From Candidatus Latescibacterota bacterium (GTDB lineage Bacteria; Latescibacterota; UBA2968), in the NCBI GenBank assembly GCA_965205975.1, contig OZ242195.1, positions 3,776,001-3,840,000 on the forward strand: a DNA stretch of 64,000 nt, read 5' to 3'. Positions 53,564-63,634 of this stretch are shown piece after piece. Within the stretch, counting starts at the first letter, position 1. Every line of letters starts with the position of its first letter. The position numbers and the translations under genes were made by a program. The notes under the pieces are model-generated. The model saw only the letters and a program-made list of their open reading frames with translations. It had not been told where the DNA came from and did no database searches.

Positions 53564-54043
53564 ATGGTTTGTCTTGACACACACGTTATTATTTGGGGCA
53601 TTAAAGAGGAGGCAGCACCGGGTCAAGAAAATATGGTGCAACGTGCCAAAAGTTACATCAAACATCAGGTTAGTCAGGGAGTTGATTTAATGATCCCTGC
53701 ACCTGTTGTAGCCGAAGCACTGATACGTGGTGAAGTTGATCACCTGCGAACCATCCGAACCATTATTGAAAGTTCTTTTTTTATTTCTGCTTTTGATTCT
53801 CCTGCTGCTTTTTTGGCTGCAGAATTAGAACGAAGCCGGGGAGTCGTTGAATTACTCGAAGAGGGGCAAGTTTCACGTAGCCATATAAGAATTGACACCC
53901 AAATTGCTGCAATAGCGATCACCCAGAACGCGGACATGATCATATCTCATGACCCACATATGCGCACGGTCGCACAGGATCGCATTCAAGTGGTTGAAAT
54001 ACCAGATATCCCCGAGCAAGAAAATTTACAATTTGAGCAGTAG
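53564..54043 (+). CDS. PIN-domain protein
   Basis: CLDTHVI, VVAE, D.QIAAIA, SHD. Confidence 0.85.
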   Translation: MVCLDTHVIIWGIKEEAAPGQENMVQRAKSYIKHQVSQGVDLMIPAPVVAEALIRGEVDHLRTIRTIIESSFFISAFDSPAAFLAAELERSRGVVELLEEGQVSRSHIRIDTQIAAIAITQNADMIISHDPHMRTVAQDRIQVVEIPDIPEQENLQFEQ

Positions 54044-54057
54044 TGCCTTCCTATCCT

Positions 54058-57000
54058 CTATCCTACAGCCCACCCCTCTGAAAGCACCTCCGCCTGTCTC
54101 AAAACCGTAAGCGTCGCGCTGTCCGCTTTATCCGGCGGATACCCGTGCTTGCGCAGAATGCGCTTAACCAACCGGCGCAAATTCGCGCGCACATTCTCTC
54201 GCAGCGTCCAATCAATCGTCACATTGTCCCGCACAGTCCGCACCAATTCGCGGGCAATGGTGCGAAGCGTCTCATCGCCCAAAACTTGAACCGCACTATC
54301 ATTGGTCTCAAGCGCATCGTAAAAAGCCAGTTCATCCTCACTCATACCAAGACTTTCACCCCGCGCCTGAGCCTCGCGCATCTCCTTCCCCAGCTTAATC
54401 AACTCATCAATAATATACGCCGCCTCAATCGTGCGATTCTGGTAGCGATGGATAGTCTGCTCCAGCATATCGGCGAACGACCGCGCCTGCACCACATTCT
54501 TCCGCATGCGACTCGAAATCTCACCCTTGAGCAACTTCTCCAGCAACTCCACCGCGAGATTGCGCTGCGGCATCCCCCGCACCTCAGCCAAAAACTCGTC
54601 AGACAACACCGAAATATCCGGCTTGTCCAAACCCGCCGCCGCAAAAATATCCGTCACCTCGTCGGACGCCACTGCACGCGAAACAATCTGACGCACTGCC
54701 AGATCCAATTCCTCCTGAGGCCGCGCATCAACTGGCGCGCGCTTACCCAGCACCGACCGCACAGCTTGAAAAAACGCCACATCATCCCGAATACGCCGTG
54801 TCTCCTCGTGCGGCACAGCCAAGGCAAAAGCCTGCGACAATTCCCGAACCGCCTGCAAACAGCGATCCTTACCATCCCTCTGCGCCAGAATATGCTCCTG
54901 TGCCGCTGGCAACAAACCCAACGTCTCCGGAGGCGTACCAGTAGCCCATTTGGATCGATCAAACCCGTAAAATAAACCACAACAAATTTCGTACTTCTCC
55001 CGCAACAACACCACCGCTTCTTCCTGATTGAGCGCAGTCTTCCCCGTACCCCCGCTCTCGGTATAAGTCGCCAATGCGTCCTTGAGTTCTTGGGCAAGCC
55101 CCAGATAATCAACCACCAGACCACCCGGCTTATCCTTAAACACGCGGTTGACACGCGCAATAGCCTGCATCAACCCGTGCCCACGCATGGGCTTATCGAC
55201 GTACATCGTATGCAAACTGGGCGCGTCAAACCCCGTCAACCACATATCGCGCACCAGCACAATATTCAGCGGATCAGACGCATCGCGGAACCGCTGCGCC
55301 AGAGCCTCGCGCCGCGGCTTATTGCGAATATGCGGCTGCCAGTCACCCGGATCGGACGCAGAGCCAGTCATCACAACTTTGATATTCCCCCTATCATCAT
55401 CTTCATCATGCCATTCCGGACGCAAGCGCACCAGTTCCCGATAAAGGTCAATACATATCCGGCGACTCATACAAACAACCATCGCCTTGCCATCCAGCAC
55501 CTCAAGACGTTCCTCAAAATGGGCAACCATATCCTCGGCAAGAAGCCTCAACCGTTTCTCCGTACCCACAATTGCCTCTAATTGCGCCCATCTGGTCTTG
55601 AGTCTCTCCTTCCGCTCTACTTCCTCACCCTCTGTCGCCTCCTCAAAATCCGGATCAACCGTCGGTTTCTCTTGCACGTCCAATGACAGCCTCGCCAGAC
55701 GACTCTCGTAGTAAATCGGCACCGTAGCGCCATCCTCTACAGAACGCTGGATATCGTAAATACTGATATAATTGCCAAACACAGCGCGGGTATTCGCATC
55801 TTGCAACTCAATAGGTGTTCCGGTAAAACCAACAAAAGAAGCATTGGGCAGGGCATCGCGCATATGCCTCGCGAACCCATCGATAAAATCGTACTGGCTC
55901 CGGTGCGCCTCATCGGCGATAACCACAATATTACGCCGTTCCGAAAGCTCCGGATGGGTATCGCCCTTCTCCTCCGGAAAAAACTTCTGAATAGTCGTAA
56001 ACACCACGCCCCCTGACACCACAGAGAGTTTTTGACGTAAATCAGCGCGGTTGCTCGCCTGTGTTGGCGCTTGACGCAACAAATCTCGACAACGAGAAAA
56101 CGTACCAAAAAGCTGATCATCCAGATCATTGCGATCCGTCAAAACCACAATCGTCGGATTCTCCATCACCGGATCCCGGACAATAGCCCCCGCATAAAAA
56201 GCCATCGTCAAACTCTTACCCGAACCCTGCGTATGCCACACCACCCCAATCCGCCGATCACCCGGCGCACCTCCCGGCTGCTGGCCCGATTCATAGCGTC
56301 CACCCCCCTCGGCGACCCCACGCCCCGCCTGCTGCAACTCCACTGCACGCCGCGTCTCACCCACCGCCACCCGCACCGCGTGAAACTGATGATAACCCGC
56401 CATCTTCTTCATCAGCGCACCGCTGCCATCATCCTCAAAAACAACAAAATCGCGTACCAGCGAAAGAAAACGCCCGACATCGCAGACGCCTTCGAGCATC
56501 ACCTGCAATTCGGGCATATTGGAATCAGCCAGACCTTCACCTGAAATCGTACGCCAGGGCTTAAACCACTCCCGTCCTGCTGTCAACGTACCAACCCGCG
56601 CCTCCACCCCATCCGAAACCATCAAAGCCGCATTCATCGCAAACAGAGACGGCAACTCCGCCTTATACGTCTGAAGTTGCTGCCACGCCGTCCATATCGT
56701 GGCATCCTCATCCACCGGATTCTTGAGTTCAATAATCCCCAGAGGCAAGCCATTCACGAACAGCACAACATCCGGACGTCGGGTATTCTTATTCTCAGTA
56801 ACCGTAAACTGATTGACCGCGAGCCAGTCATTATTGGAGGGATCATCAAAATCGATAACCTTCACTTGCGCCCCACGCACACCCCCACCCGCATCCCGGT
56901 ACTCCACCGTAACACCATCCACAATCAAACGATGAAAAGCGCGATTGCGGAACGCCAGCGATGTACCCTCAAGACGAGTCAACTTGCGAAAAGCATCATC

Positions 57001-57618
57001 CAAAGCGCCCGCAGGAAGACCGGAATTGAGCCGCGCGAGCGCATCCTGCAATCGTCGCCTCAGAACCACATCTCCATAATCCGCTCGCTCTGCATCCAAC
57101 GTATCAGGAGCAATATCGGGACCATGGGCAACGCCCCAGCCGAGGTCCTCTAGATAGGTGAGGGCAATGTCTTCAACAACTGATTCAGTGAGGGATTGAG
57201 ATCTTCCGTTCGTATTCGCGGCTTGCCAAGTGTTGTTGTAAAGGGCATCAGATACGCGCATGACTGCCTGCGCTACACGAAGCACGGCTGTCTCCAGCGT
57301 ATCATTTACACTAGATCTGAGCACCAACTGGCCACTATAAAATTCTATACCGAGGGATCGGCATATTTCTTTGATTATCAAATTCTGTTGTAGCGATGGC
57401 TGAGTGTTTACCGATTGCATACGAAGCCAACCCAGAGCATCGCCGAAATCTGTGACAATATAGCCATTGTCGCGATCTAAAACGAACACATCCACTATGC
57501 CGCCATCAGGATACGTCAGCGGCGTTCGCACCCGCACCCCTTCTTGCGGAGCCGGTGAACATTCGAATCGCGACGACAGCATTTTGCTAATAGTGGCGCA
57601 GAGTTTGTCGGAGTTCAT
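54058..57618 (-). CDS. hsdR: Type I restriction endonuclease subunit R with extra N-terminal DUF1828-like domain
   Basis: RPD...IELK nuclease, [27 protein letters not shown]; about 140 extra N-terminal aa. Confidence 0.93.
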   Translation of the reverse strand: MNSDKLCATISKMLSSRFECSPAPQEGVRVRTPLTYPDGGIVDVFVLDRDNGYIVTDFGDALGWLRMQSVNTQPSLQQNLIIKEICRSLGIEFYSGQLVLRSSVNDTLETAVLRVAQAVMRVSDALYNNTWQAANTNGRSQSLTESVVEDIALTYLEDLGWGVAHGPDIAPDTLDAERADYGDVVLRRRLQDALARLNSGLPAGALDDAFRKLTRLEGTSLAFRNRAFHRLIVDGVTVEYRDAGGGVRGAQVKVIDFDDPSNNDWLAVNQFTVTENKNTRRPDVVLFVNGLPLGIIELKNPVDEDATIWTAWQQLQTYKAELPSLFAMNAALMVSDGVEARVGTLTAGREWFKPWRTISGEGLADSNMPELQVMLEGVCDVGRFLSLVRDFVVFEDDGSGALMKKMAGYHQFHAVRVAVGETRRAVELQQAGRGVAEGGGRYESGQQPGGAPGDRRIGVVWHTQGSGKSLTMAFYAGAIVRDPVMENPTIVVLTDRNDLDDQLFGTFSRCRDLLRQAPTQASNRADLRQKLSVVSGGVVFTTIQKFFPEEKGDTHPELSERRNIVVIADEAHRSQYDFIDGFARHMRDALPNASFVGFTGTPIELQDANTRAVFGNYISIYDIQRSVEDGATVPIYYESRLARLSLDVQEKPTVDPDFEEATEGEEVERKERLKTRWAQLEAIVGTEKRLRLLAEDMVAHFEERLEVLDGKAMVVCMSRRICIDLYRELVRLRPEWHDEDDDRGNIKVVMTGSASDPGDWQPHIRNKPRREALAQRFRDASDPLNIVLVRDMWLTGFDAPSLHTMYVDKPMRGHGLMQAIARVNRVFKDKPGGLVVDYLGLAQELKDALATYTESGGTGKTALNQEEAVVLLREKYEICCGLFYGFDRSKWATGTPPETLGLLPAAQEHILAQRDGKDRCLQAVRELSQAFALAVPHEETRRIRDDVAFFQAVRSVLGKRAPVDARPQEELDLAVRQIVSRAVASDEVTDIFAAAGLDKPDISVLSDEFLAEVRGMPQRNLAVELLEKLLKGEISSRMRKNVVQARSFADMLEQTIHRYQNRTIEAAYIIDELIKLGKEMREAQARGESLGMSEDELAFYDALETNDSAVQVLGDETLRTIARELVRTVRDNVTIDWTLRENVRANLRRLVKRILRKHGYPPDKADSATLTVLRQAEVLSEGWAVG

Positions 57619-58064
57619 AACATCATTCCCCCTTGCGTCGGAGTCGGTTCGAGCATTATACCGGAATGTCGTAGATTTGCCTCGTCACAGAATTGCTTCC
57701 ACACCTCTACGGGACGGTTCCATGGTTCGGTTATATCTGCTGGCACGTATGCTTCCGTGTCTCGAAAGCCCTCCTGCCAGCGGTGTTTATGCATTTCACC
57801 CACAAGCTGGCCATCAGGGTTGCGATGGTCCGCCCCTAGATCAAGGGCATAGATTCTTCCCATTGTTCGGTGGATGATTGCATAAGATAACTTTCCCGAA
57901 AGTGGGTTGTACCAACCATTTACGAATATAGGATACCCAGAATCCGAGTTCACTTCCATCCTGAATCCCTTAGCCATCGGATGATCGTCATCTTCCCAGA
58001 CAATGTCTCCAGAAATTTCTTTGGTATCGTCTGATATAATTGCCTCAAATTCCTGCTGGGTCAT
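57615..58064 (-). CDS. DUF6978-like hypothetical protein
   Basis: LD.G..HRNPDG..VG..HKH and F...N.I-like motifs; ATGA overlap with hsdR. Confidence 0.7.
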   Translation of the reverse strand: MTQQEFEAIISDDTKEISGDIVWEDDDHPMAKGFRMEVNSDSGYPIFVNGWYNPLSGKLSYAIIHRTMGRIYALDLGADHRNPDGQLVGEMHKHRWQEGFRDTEAYVPADITEPWNRPVEVWKQFCDEANLRHSGIMLEPTPTQGGMML

Positions 58065-58118
58065 AGTTAGTGAGTTTCCTTCAAAAACCTTTCCACATCT
58101 TCAGCCCTCACCCTCAAC

Positions 58119-58307
58119 TCACTCTATCACCATTTGGGTAATGAATGGAATCTCACGTTCAGATTCATGACGGTCTGGGATTTCAAGATCAGTCCCGCGT
58201 AGCATGTTGTCAATCAACCACTGCCCCATGGGTTTGTGAGGTTCGGAAAGGCGAGTCTTAGCTTCTGCAACGGTCCAGATCTGTTTGGATTTAGAACACC
58301 TCATCAT
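58119..58307 (-). pseudogene. Internally deleted Phd/YefM-type antitoxin remnant
   Basis: GGAGA RBS; WTVAEAKTRLSE joined directly to a C-terminal-like segment; no toxin follows. Confidence 0.55.
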
Positions 58308-58479
58308 CAAGTCTCCAAAAAAAGTTAGTTCAATATAGATCACATCGGCCTTTCCTGCAAGACCGACACTGTTATAGGACACGACCAGTCTAAACCTTGG
58401 ATAAACTACTGACATTACACAAAAACCACCGCGGCAGCCACATGGGCAAGTGGTACATATCTTTCACATGACCGTCCAT

Positions 58480-58916
58480 TCATGAAGCCACCTGAAAGGA
58501 TGGCCTCGGATGCGTAGTTACATCAGCGTATTCACACTGCCCGGACGCGCCCCATCGCTCGGTCGCCCAAAGCCGATTATCTTGCTGGCATGGTGGCCTT
58601 GAGCAAGTTGGTATATGAGTCTGAAACCATTTCTGCTATCATTTTCAAGGAGGGCATCATGGATCTCATCCGCGAATCATCTCTTTTTTAATCCCTTACC
58701 CAACAAAGCAGAGAGGAAAGTTTTGAGCAAGGAGGCAGGCAACGCGCCATTGAAGATCTTTTCGATGTACTGGAGATCCGATTTGATATGCCCGAAACAC
58801 ACATCCTATCTGCTCGCATTGCCGCCATCGAAGATTTGCAACGCCTCAGGCAGTTGCACCGTGCAGCGGTACAAGTGCCCAATCTCGACGCATTTCAGAG
58901 CGTGTTAGATGCGTGA
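58480..58916 (+). pseudogene. 3' remnant of Rpn/YhgA-like gene
   Basis: Manual translation ..MDLIRESSLF*...EDLFDVLEIRF...IAAIEDLQRLRQLHRAA..; in-frame stops. Confidence 0.6.
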
Positions 58917-58933
58917 TGTGATTTTTCAGGAAA

Positions 58934-60817
58934 TCATGTGTCATCGGCGTCGATATCGCGAAGTAATTGCTTCACCTCGTCCACTAAGTCCGTATCGTTG
59001 GCATTCTGCGCCAGTTCAAGCGCAGTCTCTAAGTCCTTCCGTGTCCCGTCATTTCGCCCCAATGCAACCTTCGCATTCCCTCGGTTGTAATATGCTTCGG
59101 CAAAGTCTGGTTTCAACCGAATCGCCTCATCATAATCAGCGATAGCGTACTCATGCTGGATTAATTTGTCCTTCGCAGCACCCCTATTGCAGTAAGCTTC
59201 AGCGTAGTCTGGTTCTAAAAGGATAGCTTCATCATAGTCAGCGATGGCATCTTCGTAACGGCCCAGATCGGCCTTTGTATCCCCCCGATTGCAGTAAGCG
59301 TCGGCATCATCCGGTTGCAATCGAATCGCCTCATCATAGTCAGCGATGGCATCTTCGTAGCGATCCTGTTCAGCCTTTGCATCCCCTCGATTGCAGTAAG
59401 CTTCAGCGTAGTCTGGCTTCAGCTGAATCGCCTCATCATAGTCAGCGATGGCATCTTCATAACGACCCAAGTCAGCATTCGCGATACCCCGGTTGTTGTA
59501 TGATCCGGCGTCGTCTGGTTCCAATCGAATCGCTTCATCATAGTCAGCGATGGCATCTTTGTAACGACCCTGTTCAGCATTCGAAATACCCCGGTTGTTG
59601 TAAAATCCAGACAAGTCCGGCTTCAGACCGATTGCCTTGTCATGGTCAGCTATAGCGTCTTCGTAGCGATCCAAGTCAACCTTCACACTCCCCCTATTAC
59701 TGTATGCCTCAGCGAAGTCTGGTTGCAGGCGGATCGCTTCATCATAGTCAGAGATGGCATCTTCGTATTGATCCAATGCGGCCTTCGCATTCCCTCTGTT
59801 GTTGTATGCCAGGAAGAAGTCTGGCTTCAATCGGATCGCTTCGTCAAAATCGACAATGGCATCCTCATGGTGGCCTAAGTCAGTCTTCGCAGATCCCCGA
59901 TTATAGTATGCATTGGCGTAGTCTGATTTCAACCGAATCGATTCATCATAGTCAGAGATGGCATCTTCGTTCCGATTCAGAACGGCCTTCGCATTTCCCC
60001 GGATGTTATATGCCTCGGCGAAGTCTGGCTTCAATCGGACCGCTTCGTCGCTGGCCAATAAGCTATCTTCCGGATTTTCATCCGAGAATAGATAGCTAAC
60101 AGAATACCAGGCTTTGGCAGCGAATTCACCGTCGCTTTCCTCCGCGACCAGGGCAACGGCACGCCATTTCTCGATTGCTTCGTCTGTCTTGCCTTGCTGC
60201 TCGAGAAAAACGGCCTGGACAATTGCCTTATCTATCGGCGATACCGTATATTTTTCGCCCTCGTTAGTAACGACCTTCCCCACTTCTTCAAGTTTATCGG
60301 CAACTGTTTCGGCGTTCATACGCCGATTAATCTTATCAATAGATTTACCCTCAAGTGCTACCGAAATAGGAGTCTCCAAACCTGATGAACTTTTTTCAAA
60401 AAATTGAATTTGTTTTTTAATTTCGGATTTGGCTTTTTCAACGCTATCGAGATCTCGGTGATCAACTCCTATTGTTCTCATTGGCCTGACATCAAAAGGA
60501 ATAGCCTCGACTTTGTCAATGATCTGTACGAGCGGCTTGCGGACGGCATGTCGAATGGCTAATTCATAAAAAACGTTGGGGTTCTGTCCTGTTAAATCGG
60601 CTATGACTAAAGGATCATCTACAACATGTCGAATTATCTGATTAGTAATAATACCTGGCTCAGCGATCTCGTCCGCACGAACAGCTTTGAAGCCACAAGT
60701 CTCCACTGCCGGACGAATAATGTGTTTTAAAACCTGATCGGATCGTTTGCGAATATCGGACTCTGGTTCGCCGATGGGCGCAATTACGAAACAAATCTTC
60801 TCGTTAGTATCTGCCAT
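58934..60817 (-). CDS. Nucleoside 2-deoxyribosyltransferase-like domain fused to about 11 TPRs
   Basis: CFVIAPIG...RAD...IADLTGQNPNVFYELAIRHA; 34-aa AY.NRG..DYDEAIRL.PD repeats. Confidence 0.85.
   Translation of the reverse strand: MADTNEKICFVIAPIGEPESDIRKRSDQVLKHIIRPAVETCGFKAVRADEIAEPGIITNQIIRHVVDDPLVIADLTGQNPNVFYELAIRHAVRKPLVQIIDKVEAIPFDVRPMRTIGVDHRDLDSVEKAKSEIKKQIQFFEKSSSGLETPISVALEGKSIDKINRRMNAETVADKLEEVGKVVTNEGEKYTVSPIDKAIVQAVFLEQQGKTDEAIEKWRAVALVAEESDGEFAAKAWYSVSYLFSDENPEDSLLASDEAVRLKPDFAEAYNIRGNAKAVLNRNEDAISDYDESIRLKSDYANAYYNRGSAKTDLGHHEDAIVDFDEAIRLKPDFFLAYNNRGNAKAALDQYEDAISDYDEAIRLQPDFAEAYSNRGSVKVDLDRYEDAIADHDKAIGLKPDLSGFYNNRGISNAEQGRYKDAIADYDEAIRLEPDDAGSYNNRGIANADLGRYEDAIADYDEAIQLKPDYAEAYCNRGDAKAEQDRYEDAIADYDEAIRLQPDDADAYCNRGDTKADLGRYEDAIADYDEAILLEPDYAEAYCNRGAAKDKLIQHEYAIADYDEAIRLKPDFAEAYYNRGNAKVALGRNDGTRKDLETALELAQNANDTDLVDEVKQLLRDIDADDT
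59010..60120 (-). repeat. 102-bp coding tandem repeats (TPR units)
   Basis: CATCATAGTCAGCGATGGCATCTTC-like motif recurs every 102 nt. Confidence 0.9.
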
Positions 60818-60987
60818 GTTTATCTTATCTCTCTAATTCTCAGTTTCGTTCCTAACAATAGGCGTAGAGAATGTTAAGCGCAACATCCTCGACACCAGCC
60901 TTGGCAACAATGTATCGTGGGACAACTCGTTCAATATCGGCTTCGGTGATGGGGTCATGACATATTCCTATGTCTTTGCCTGTGCGC

Positions 60988-61833
60988 CTACTTTTTCTCA
61001 ACTCTGTTGGTTTCTAAATTTTCGAGAAAATAAAATAACTGGTGAACCGTGAGTATGCCGATCACCGCGGATTTTTGATTGAACTTCTCCGCAGCAGCAA
61101 CACCATGCGCGACACTGTGCCTGGCGATGTCTGAGGCGTCAGGATTGAAATGCGCAAAATATACATCCTGAAGATAGTTAGAAAAACGATGTGGTAAGAG
61201 CAAGCTCTTATCATTTCCTATTTTAGAGGCCACTGCTGACTCCGTCAAATTTCTAGGAGAAGGATGCGACTGAGAGCCCAGACTGGTATGATGAGTACGT
61301 AGGATTCCTTCTATGCGAGGAAATAACAATCCAGTACAGCTCATATAGTCATCATCTTGAAACCGTTCGACAGCACGTTCAAGAATATCAATGTGAGGCA
61401 TGAATGAAGAGTGTTTACCCCAGCTATGCAGCATTTGTGATGTACGACTCTTAGTTTCGGAGACAATATCATCAAGATTTTCGTCTGGGTCCCAGCCAGA
61501 TTGAATATGATTTATCAAGGTGTCAATCATGTTATAGCTAAGCCCCATGAACGGGAACCATTGTGCGGAAAACAGGGCATCCCATTCAGCATCGGAGATG
61601 CTAAACCTTTCTTGAAATGTAACTTGACCTAAAACTGCGCTGATATCATATTGGCGTAGCGGAAGACTTGGCCCGCCGATGGGTTCGAAATCATAAAAAA
61701 GCCCCTTTCGCCATCCGACAGAAAATACAAATAAGACGCCAGCATCATCCGGTATCTGTACCCCGAGTTTGACGTCCTCTATATCAACAATGTCACCTTT
61801 TAGAACTTCTTCCCCTGCCTTCATTGACCTTGC
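60988..61833 (-). pseudogene. 3' part of IS630-interrupted HEPN-motif gene
   Basis: Frame continues ARSMKAGEE...RHSVAHG... Confidence 0.85.
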
Positions 61834-63231
61834 TAGTGCATCGTGGCAAAAGTCATTGGTGTTATAGATTAAGGGGTCTTCCGGTATAGGTCCATTTAAA
61901 CGGTTTGGCCATGGTTTTGTTGAAAAAGGCAATGAAATCCAAAAGCGATTGCTGGAGGTCTTGGACAGAGGTAAAACTCCCTCTTTTGAGTAGGCGTCGC
62001 ACGAGAATAGAAAACCAGCATTCAATCTGATTGAGCCACGAGGCGTGTTTAGGGGTATAAACAAAGCGCACTCGGTGGGCTTGATTGCTGAGGAAGTCGG
62101 CCCGGGTTTGCATAGATTTTAGAATCCCGTATTTGCCTTTTTCCCCTAAATCGTCTTGAATGTCGCACACATCAGCCACCCATCGGACTAAGGCTTCCGA
62201 TTTATGGGTATTGAGTTGATCCACGACAAAGACCCACTCACCTTTTGGGTCTTGTGCAAAGGTCTGTTGGATGTGCGTCTTAAAATCTTTCTCTGTTCGT
62301 GTTAGGGATAAGGTTGGGGCAATCACCTGCCCTGTGGCGACTTCAAAATTGCCAATCAAGCAACAGGTGCCATGTCTTTTGTATTCAAACTCCTGATGTT
62401 CAACCCGTCCCTGCTTCATCGGTAGGGTGGGTTTGGCACGTTCTTTGGCCTGTATGCCCGTTTTTTCATCTGTGCTGATGACATGCACACCTTCTTCGTG
62501 AAGGTCAAGAGCAGATTGATATAAGGCACAGACCTTTTCACTTGCCTCGTAAAAGGCTTCTTTATCTTCATCAGGGGGACGCGCCCAATACCGGACTTGA
62601 TGCGGCTTAAGATCGGCCTCTTTTTAAAAAACGTCCCACACTGCGAACTGAAATATCAGGGACGATGCCGCGGGCGATGACTGCTTCACGCAAGACTTGA
62701 GGCGTCCAATGGCTGATGGGATACCCACACGCTTTGGGGGCTTCACAGGAGAGGGCCACAATCTTTGTGACCACCTGTGCCGAATACCTCACAGGCGTAC
62801 CTGGACGGGGCGCATCCGATAGGAGGGATAAGACCGCATCGGACAAGGCACGGCTATCGCCCTCGGCTTCCATCGCTTTGAGAGCCTCATAACCTGCCAG
62901 CCAACGCTTGCGCCAGGTAGAAACTGTCTTTGGATCTGCGCCGACTTGTGCGCTGACTTGACCGATGCCTAACCCTTCACTGCTTAACAGGATCATACGC
63001 GCACGGCGGGCATGGTCTTGGCGACTGGTATGGCGTTGGACAATGTGTTCTAAGACGCTACGTTGCATCACGCTGATGGGCAACGGGCTGGCTTTTTTGT
63101 AATAACCGGGCATGGACACCTCGATGAGACAGGCACTATAAACGGGATCGAATTTTATCTGAAGGCTTGGCGGACACACAAAGATAAGCAATGCTGATCA
63201 TACAAGGAACCTTTTTTGCCACGATGCACTA
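61834..63231 (-). mobile_element. IS630-family insertion sequence including duplicated TA
   Basis: Ends CTAGTGCATCGTGGCAAAA (61833-61851) and TTTTGCCACGATGCACTAG (63214-63232). Confidence 0.95.
61862..63113 (-). CDS. IS630 transposase in two frames
   Basis: HTH ORF (D.PRPG.P, WT) plus DDE ORF (DEKTG, DQLNTH, TPKHASWLNQIE); junction at T6A5 near 62625. Confidence 0.9.
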
Positions 63232-63508
63232 GACGAATATTCATGTGTATATCTAACTCGTTCACGTAAACATCTGCTTTACCGTCACGACGACAAATAG
63301 CAAGCAAGTGATCTACTTGCGAAGGGGAAGTCTGAGACGGCAATCGTTGCAGGATATCGTTGGGAAGACCTTCGAGTCGTTGAATAAAATGTTGACCGTC
63401 CTCAGTCGATGTGAATTCACGATAAGCTATCTGAGCTTCTTCACCCTCTTTGACAGATGAAAGAAGATAACCAGCTGGTGGATTTTCAAGGTCAATTTCA
63501 ACGGACAC
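63230..63508 (-). pseudogene. 5' part of IS630-interrupted HEPN-motif gene
   Basis: GAGGAGG RBS with GTG start; rejoins the 3' part in frame when the IS is removed. Confidence 0.85.
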
Positions 63509-63634
63509 TTCCACCTCCTCTTACATGCAATTCTCCCGAAATGAGCTTCGGCAGTAGTACGTCACAAACAGACGGTATCTTTTTTACAACAGCCTCTGTG
63601 AATTGTGTACTCATGGACCATGCTCTCCCTTGAT

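Noticed and set aside
60988..62064. 358-aa ORF as a real gene
   Set aside because: Its N-terminus is out-of-frame IS630 sequence; the true 5' half is at 63230-63508
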